A stretch of DNA of 32,000 bases from Flavobacteriaceae bacterium (lineage in GTDB: Bacteria > Bacteroidota > Bacteroidia > Flavobacteriales > Flavobacteriaceae), in assembly GCA_965224465.1 (NCBI GenBank), contig OZ245049.1:1140001-1172000 (forward strand). The letters run 5' to 3'. Position numbers and translations under genes: made by a program. Under the pieces are notes generated by a model that saw only the letters and a program-made list of their open reading frames with translations, had not been told where the DNA came from and did not search any database. Shown piece by piece: positions 25,999 to 32,000 of this stretch (its first letter is position 1; every line of letters starts with the position of its first letter).

Positions 25999-26721
25999 AT
26001 GATGAAAAAATTAATCACATTGAGCATCGTCCTCCTTATTTCAACCTGTATACAAGCTCAGTTTTTTAACAAAAAAATAAAAGGAAACGGTCATAAAATT
26101 CAAACAACACGTGTTACTTCAGATTATGAAAAAATCACTATTTCAGGATCATTTAACATAAAACTTATCAAAGGAACGGTGGGGAAACTTAAGATTCATA
26201 TTGAGGAGAATTTAATGCCATACCTAATTACAGAAGTAAACAAAGGGACGCTGAATATCCATTGGAAAAAAAACATGCATATCAAAACAAGAAGAAGTGT
26301 CTTAATAGAAGTACCTTTTAAATCCCTCAATGCTATATCAATGTCGGGAAGTGGAGATGTTTTCTCTGATGAAACAATTACAACAGATTATTTAAAAATA
26401 GCTCTTGCAGGCTCTGGTGATATCGTACTTCATATAAATTCTAAACTTACAAAAGCAACTATTGCAGGCTCAGGAAATCTTAAACTAAAAGGAACAAGTA
26501 CGCAACTAAAATGTTCCGTAGCTGGATCTGGAGGCTTTTCTGGTAAAAGTTTAAAATGCCAAGAAGTGAATGTTTCTGTTATTGGATCTGGAGATGCATC
26601 TGTATTCACAACAAAATCGTTAAAAGCATCCCTGTCCGGTTCTGGAGATATCACCTATTACGGAAAACCGACAAAAGAAAAAATCCATGTAGTTGGCTCA
26701 GGTAAAGTTGTCATGAGATAA
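25999..26721 (+). CDS. Secreted GIN-domain / DUF2807-like protein
   Basis: Start at the internal Met, which gives the signal peptide MMKKLITLSIVLLISTCIQAQ. Repeated (A/M/V/I)xGSG(D/N/G) strands are characteristic of the DUF2807 head domain. Confidence 0.6.
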   Translation: MMKKLITLSIVLLISTCIQAQFFNKKIKGNGHKIQTTRVTSDYEKITISGSFNIKLIKGTVGKLKIHIEENLMPYLITEVNKGTLNIHWKKNMHIKTRRSVLIEVPFKSLNAISMSGSGDVFSDETITTDYLKIALAGSGDIVLHINSKLTKATIAGSGNLKLKGTSTQLKCSVAGSGGFSGKSLKCQEVNVSVIGSGDASVFTTKSLKASLSGSGDITYYGKPTKEKIHVVGSGKVVMR

Positions 26722-26762
26722 ACTTTATAATATGGTATAACAACCTATCATCAAAACAAAAA

Positions 26763-26796
26763 GCTCGTAATTATTCTTAATTGCGCGCTTTTTTTG
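26763..26796 (+). terminator. Probable intrinsic terminator of the sigma/anti-sigma operon
   Basis: Stem gctcgtaatta / taattgcgcgc with one mismatch, followed by ttttttt, about 40 nt after the stop at 26721. Confidence 0.5.
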
Positions 26797-26918
26797 TTTC
26801 TAATCAATCCTTTTATAAATGATTTTAGTGAATCATTTTAAGCAACTTAATTTAACACAACTCGAGAACATGAAATATACTTCCGAAAAAATTACATATC
26901 CTACTGATACACTATAAA

Positions 26919-29900
26919 TTAAACAATCACAACACTGCTTACGCCATTGGATTTTTTATGAATTTGAATCTGCGTAGGAATCCGTTCTTTTAAATTATCA
27001 ACATGGGAAATAATACCAATCATTTTACCTTGAGCCTGTAGTGTTTCTAACGTTGCAATCACCGTTTCTAAGGTACTACTATCCAAGGTTCCAAATCCTT
27101 CATCAATAAACAGCGAATCAATATTCACGTTGTTGCTGGCCAAATCAGATAAGCCCAACGCCAATGCCAAACTTATAATAAATTTCTCACCTCCACTGGA
27201 AGTATCCACATAGCGCACTTGACCTGTTTGATAATGGTCAATTAAATTAAAATTAAGCTCCTCCCCTGTTTTGTAATTGCTATTCATTTTTAGAGAATAA
27301 CGCTTGTTTAATTTAAACAAATGAATGTTTGCAAAAGCGATTAAGTTTTGCAAAGTCAATCGTTGTACATAGGTATTAAAGGCATCTTTTGAACCCCCTA
27401 ATAAATGAATTAAATCGGTCCATTTTTTAAGTGATTTCTCTTGAATTTTTATCGCATCAAAAACCCCTTGATTCCTAGAAATCACTTCTGCTTCTTTCTT
27501 GAAAATCTGCTTTATTTCTCCAATTCGTTGCAGTACTGTATCTTTCGTTTCTTTTAAAGATAGCCACTTTTCACGCGCCTCAAGAAAGCTAATCTCAAAA
27601 GACTTTAACATATTGTGCTTCGATGTTTTTAACTCTAAACTTTCTTTTAAAGCTAAAATCTCAGTAGAAGATGTATCAATTTTTTGTTTTATAATTTCTA
27701 ATGCTTCCTTCGCATCTTTTGATAAAAGAGCTGTAATCACCGCCTCTTTATTCAAAAAATCGCTTTCCAAAATCTCTTTTTCTAATGCCAATAGCAACGC
27801 ATCTAACCTTGGTTTGATTTTATCTAGTTCCTTTAAGTTTTCCTGCTCCTGTCCTTGTAGTTTTGTTTGTTTCTCTTTTAATAACAGAAAATCCTTTTGA
27901 TTTTTTTCGAATTGTACACTCGCTTCTTTTTTAGAAATTTTCAGTAGCTGATGTTGCTGCGCTAAACTAAGCTCTTTAGGCAACAGGGCATGCCTATCTT
28001 TTTGTAATTCTTCTAAATTAGAAACCTGTACTGCTTGTTCCTTTGTTAACAGCTCAAAATCCGTAAGGTGTTTTTGCAATGTATCTGTATCACTTTTCTT
28101 TCTCAATACAAATTCCGATACCTCCTGCTGTACTTTTAGCAACTGATTTTTTGTAAGGTTATATTTTTGAATTGCCTTTTCCAATCGATTCAGAAAATCA
28201 ACAGTTTCCGAGGGCTTCGGAACATCAAAGTCAAAATCAGAAAAACTTGACTCAAGCTCTTTTTCTAATACTTCTAATTGTGTAACTATCTCAGAAATCT
28301 CACTGCTTTTACGTTCAACATCCTTTTGAAGCAAGTCCTTTTGATTCTTTTCAGTATCTATTAGACCTAATAAGCGAATATTTTTTTCATGTTGATTTGC
28401 ATACGAACTCTCCAATTCAGACTTTTTACTTATCACTTCTTGAGCCGTTTTTATTTTAACATCAAGACCTTCCATTTGTTTTTCTAATAGATTATTATCA
28501 CTCTTAATAATAGTGATTTCATCCAAATTGGCATGCCCTTGAAATGCGCTGGCTTTTTTTAATAGAGACACTTCTAGCAATACAAATTCCTCAAGCCTTT
28601 TTTTATAGGTATCAAGACTGCTAACAGACTTCCCCATTTCTCTATTTAAAAGAACAATCACTTGCTGATGTTCCCTTACTTTTTTCTTGCGTTCTTCCAA
28701 TACTTTTTGAGCCTCAGAGATCGTTGTCGAAATATAAGTTGTCACATACGGATGTTCCGTAGCACCACATAAATTACAGGCTTTCCCTTCTTCCAATTTT
28801 AGACGCTCCTCCTCAAAGCCCTGAATTGCCAATTCCAATTGCACTATTTTTTCGGCATCTGATACCTGTAGTTTTATGTCTAATTCTTTAACAGTCGCAT
28901 CTTTCAATCGTTTTTCTATAGAATGGAACTCTAATTCGGTTTGCTTAATTCCTTTTTTAGAACTGTCTATTAACAGCGTGTTTTCAGAGAAACTTTCTGC
29001 TAAAACAAAAAACTGAATTCCATTTTTAAGATGGGAATTAACCCGCTCTTTTTCTTCTAACAAAGCAGAAAGATCCGCACTGAGAACCTCTTTTTTAATA
29101 CGCTCTAATGCTGATTTCAATTCACCGAACACAACATCTTCTTTCTTTTTTAGTGAATTATTATGACTTATGGATTCGGAAGTTTTTGAAATTTTAAGTT
29201 GGCTATCCTCATTAATTTTAACTAGTACAGCTTGCTCCTTACTCTTAGAATTCAATAGATAAAGCTGTTGGTTCCAATGGTTAAAATTAGGCTCAATAGC
29301 AGCCATTAACTGATGTTTTTCTATATATTGAGTATGTATTTTTTCTTCTGATCTAGCAGACACCAATGCAATATCTAATTCACTTATCTTTTTTTCTAAT
29401 CCCTTTTTCTCATCCTTAAAACGTATCAGTTTTGGGCTGTTATTTTTGATTATATCCTCGGTAGCAACTGCCGATGCTTCAATTCTCGCTACGCGATCTA
29501 ATTTAGGCAACCATTGGTTAAAACTTTCTTCTTCTTTTTCTACCTCTAGCTTTGCCCTTGATACCGCCGTTTTCTGTAAGTCCAAGTTCGGTTCTATTGT
29601 AGCTAAAGAAAACTTAAGATCCTTCCCTATACGTTTTTTTTCCTCCAATTGCTCCTCCAAGCGTTTTACAGCCGCCAAATCGTCTTTAAAAACGGCCGCT
29701 TTATCATGATGTATCAGTTGTTCAAATACGTGATGATGTAGCTCCTTGTTTTTTTGAAGTTCCAAGTTTTTGGTTTCATTATCAGAAATTTCTTTCTGTA
29801 AATTCTCCGATGCTATATACCAATTTTTAACGGTTTCTAGCGTAATGAGTCCTTGCTCAATTTCTATAGATTCTTTATTTTTTAAAACTTGCTCACTATA

Positions 29901-30578
29901 TAACAGCTCTTTTTTAGAAACATCCAGAATATCATCACTATTTATTTTAGAACGAATCCCTTCTAATTTTTTACGTTCCTCACCTAATTTACGCGTAATA
30001 ACATCTCCAATTTTCTTGTAAATTTCCTCTCCCGTAATTTGCTCTAGCAAAGTTCCTTTATCCTTTGAATTGGCAGATAAAAAAGAAGCAAATTCCCCTT
30101 GCGCCAACATTACTGAACGTAAAAACTGGTTGTAATCTAACTGAGTTACACGTACAACAGCCTCTTGTACCTCCCGTTTTTTCTCTGCAATTATCAAGCC
30201 CTCAGAAATATTTTTAAGACGTACTTCTTCTTGTGGCTTATTTAACACTTTTCCGTGCTTAGAAATCAGTCGCATATACCAACTAGCCTCATACGTAATT
30301 CCTCTATTCTTAAATAAAACCCGCGCCATAGCGTCACGTGCACCAAAACTAATTACATCCTTGAGTCCTGCCTTGATATTGGATTGTTTGAAACGCGGCA
30401 CTTGATGATACAAAGCTATTGTAATTGCATCCAAAATAGTGGTCTTACCTGCACCCGTAGGTCCGGTAATCGCATACAATCCAACATTTTCGAAATGAGG
30501 TCCTTCTAGATCAATACAAATAACCGTATCAGATTTAAGAGAATATAAATTCTGTAGTTCAATTTTTAAAATTTTCAT
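26919..30578 (-). CDS. sbcC: Exonuclease SbcCD, ATPase subunit C (SMC/Rad50-like)
   Basis: 1219 aa. N-terminal Walker A GPTGAGKTT, a long coiled coil with a CxxC zinc hook (CNLCGATEHP), a C-terminal signature SGGEKF and Walker B LFIDEGFGTLD. Lies directly downstream of sbcD. Confidence 0.93.
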   Translation of the reverse strand: MKILKIELQNLYSLKSDTVICIDLEGPHFENVGLYAITGPTGAGKTTILDAITIALYHQVPRFKQSNIKAGLKDVISFGARDAMARVLFKNRGITYEASWYMRLISKHGKVLNKPQEEVRLKNISEGLIIAEKKREVQEAVVRVTQLDYNQFLRSVMLAQGEFASFLSANSKDKGTLLEQITGEEIYKKIGDVITRKLGEERKKLEGIRSKINSDDILDVSKKELLYSEQVLKNKESIEIEQGLITLETVKNWYIASENLQKEISDNETKNLELQKNKELHHHVFEQLIHHDKAAVFKDDLAAVKRLEEQLEEKKRIGKDLKFSLATIEPNLDLQKTAVSRAKLEVEKEEESFNQWLPKLDRVARIEASAVATEDIIKNNSPKLIRFKDEKKGLEKKISELDIALVSARSEEKIHTQYIEKHQLMAAIEPNFNHWNQQLYLLNSKSKEQAVLVKINEDSQLKISKTSESISHNNSLKKKEDVVFGELKSALERIKKEVLSADLSALLEEKERVNSHLKNGIQFFVLAESFSENTLLIDSSKKGIKQTELEFHSIEKRLKDATVKELDIKLQVSDAEKIVQLELAIQGFEEERLKLEEGKACNLCGATEHPYVTTYISTTISEAQKVLEERKKKVREHQQVIVLLNREMGKSVSSLDTYKKRLEEFVLLEVSLLKKASAFQGHANLDEITIIKSDNNLLEKQMEGLDVKIKTAQEVISKKSELESSYANQHEKNIRLLGLIDTEKNQKDLLQKDVERKSSEISEIVTQLEVLEKELESSFSDFDFDVPKPSETVDFLNRLEKAIQKYNLTKNQLLKVQQEVSEFVLRKKSDTDTLQKHLTDFELLTKEQAVQVSNLEELQKDRHALLPKELSLAQQHQLLKISKKEASVQFEKNQKDFLLLKEKQTKLQGQEQENLKELDKIKPRLDALLLALEKEILESDFLNKEAVITALLSKDAKEALEIIKQKIDTSSTEILALKESLELKTSKHNMLKSFEISFLEAREKWLSLKETKDTVLQRIGEIKQIFKKEAEVISRNQGVFDAIKIQEKSLKKWTDLIHLLGGSKDAFNTYVQRLTLQNLIAFANIHLFKLNKRYSLKMNSNYKTGEELNFNLIDHYQTGQVRYVDTSSGGEKFIISLALALGLSDLASNNVNIDSLFIDEGFGTLDSSTLETVIATLETLQAQGKMIGIISHVDNLKERIPTQIQIHKKSNGVSSVVIV

Positions 30579-30592
30579 AGTCCGCTACGTTA

Positions 30593-31801
30593 TTAATTAT
30601 CTAAAGCTATTTGTAAGGCTTCATTAAAAGCATCTAAAACTGTTTTGTTTTTCTCCAAATCAAACTCCATTTCCTCACATTTCATTTTAAAAACATGTAA
30701 GGGAGATAATTCTTTTACATGCCTAGTATTGGCTGTCAATTCTTCCAAGCCAACAATAGAACGCTGCGTATTCAAACTCACTTTTAGCACTTCTAAATCA
30801 AGCGTGTCTGCTATTTTATTAATAGCCCCAGCACCCAAGGCACTATGCAACTCATCTTCTAAAACTACTTCTACCCATGGAGTTAAATGATATTGATTTG
30901 ATGCCACAGCCTGTAATTTTTCTTCACAAAGTTCTAAATTCCCTTTCACACGAATCACCTCTCTAAATCTAGGGATCTCTCTATCTATAACCGCATCAAT
31001 CTTGTTGTTCTTTGTTTCTAAAATCAGTACTTTTTTTACTTGATTAATTTCGCTAAAACTAAGAATCACTGGAGAACCAGCATAGCGTACCTTTGGATTC
31101 CCACCAACTATCTGCGGCCTATGTAAATGTCCTAATGCAATATAATCAAAACAACTAGGAAAATCTTCTGCTCCAATATGTCCTAAATTACCAACATAAA
31201 TATTTTGTTCACTATCCGATACCGTTCCGCCAACAGCAAACAAATGCCCCATTGCAATCATAGGATATTGGGCTGAATTTATTGCTATGGATTTCTCCGC
31301 AACTTCTGAATAATGCTGTATTAAAGCAGTCTTGTAACGTTCGGTAATATCATCAAATTGCTCGCCCGCAACAGCTTTCCTTATATCCTGATCTCTTAGA
31401 TATGGGACTGCAGCTACCACAATAGATTCCGTTCCTACAGTCAATTTAAACACCTCATCCGCAAGATCCTCCGTCGCTTTCCCTACTACTTTTACTGCCA
31501 ATGTTTCTAACAATTCTTTTGGAGCATTTAAGGTGCCTGGAGAATCATGATTCCCTCCAGTTACAATCACATGCTTGCAATCACTAGCATGCAGCTGCAC
31601 TAAAAAATCATAATACATTTTCAAACTTAAGGTAGAAGGTGTTCCTGTATCAAAAATATCTCCTGAAATTAATAACACATCTACTTGTTCTGAACTAATG
31701 GTATCCAACAACCATTTTAAAAACAGTTCCTGTTCCTGAGTTTGAACCTGATCGTGTAATCTATGGCCTAAATGCCAATCAGAAGTATGTAGTATTTTCA
31801 T
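30593..31801 (-). CDS. sbcD: Exonuclease SbcCD, nuclease subunit D (Mre11-like phosphoesterase)
   Basis: 402 aa. Calcineurin-like phosphoesterase motifs are present (MKILHTSDWHLGH, SGDIFD, GGNHD, GHLH). Its stop is 14 nt upstream of the sbcC start. Confidence 0.93.
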   Translation of the reverse strand: MKILHTSDWHLGHRLHDQVQTQEQELFLKWLLDTISSEQVDVLLISGDIFDTGTPSTLSLKMYYDFLVQLHASDCKHVIVTGGNHDSPGTLNAPKELLETLAVKVVGKATEDLADEVFKLTVGTESIVVAAVPYLRDQDIRKAVAGEQFDDITERYKTALIQHYSEVAEKSIAINSAQYPMIAMGHLFAVGGTVSDSEQNIYVGNLGHIGAEDFPSCFDYIALGHLHRPQIVGGNPKVRYAGSPVILSFSEINQVKKVLILETKNNKIDAVIDREIPRFREVIRVKGNLELCEEKLQAVASNQYHLTPWVEVVLEDELHSALGAGAINKIADTLDLEVLKVSLNTQRSIVGLEELTANTRHVKELSPLHVFKMKCEEMEFDLEKNKTVLDAFNEALQIALDN

Positions 31802-32000
31802 CTATTTAAACAATTATATTAAAGCGGTCAGAAAGCACATAGCAAGAAGAAATCAATTCGTACATATGTTCCTAATTATGTATCGTTTTTTAATCCTAAA
31901 AAAACCAACCATTTATTCATACAAAAGTAACAAAGCTTTCACTGAATAAAAATAACAATTAACTTTTTATTTAAGCATTCAAAAACAAATTTAATCCTTG

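Overview
This is an AT-rich chromosomal segment that looks like Bacteroidota, probably Flavobacteriia. The lineage call rests on a T9SS type-B C-terminal sorting domain, signal peptides ending in AQ, and the operon style. Housekeeping genes flank the window on both sides. On the left are an ABC-2 exporter pair, a 949-aa T9SS cargo protein and uvrB. On the right are lon, an ECF sigma/anti-sigma envelope operon and sbcCD.

Between uvrB and lon lies an accessory stretch of about 14 kb carrying three transposase scars. Its core is the standout feature. A 1116-aa protein (17249..20599, minus strand) has no signal peptide. It has VasX-N-like motifs and a glycine-zipper transmembrane cluster. Its stop codon is one nucleotide from the start of a 232-aa two-TM protein gene. 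That gene is present as eight tandem copies with an 835-836 bp period (10700..17247).

Every inter-copy spacer retains an in-frame fossil of the large gene's 3' tail, about 18 or 22-23 codons long depending on spacer class. The copies are nearly identical except for two short cassettes. One is a juxtamembrane segment and the other is the TM hairpin. Each cassette exists in two very different versions, and all four combinations occur.

I interpret this as a membrane-targeting polymorphic toxin or T6SS-type effector with an amplified, recombinationally diversified immunity array. That function is an inference, and no secretion-apparatus genes are visible in the window. Imperfect direct repeats of about 120 bp bracket the thioredoxin-array-toxin block.
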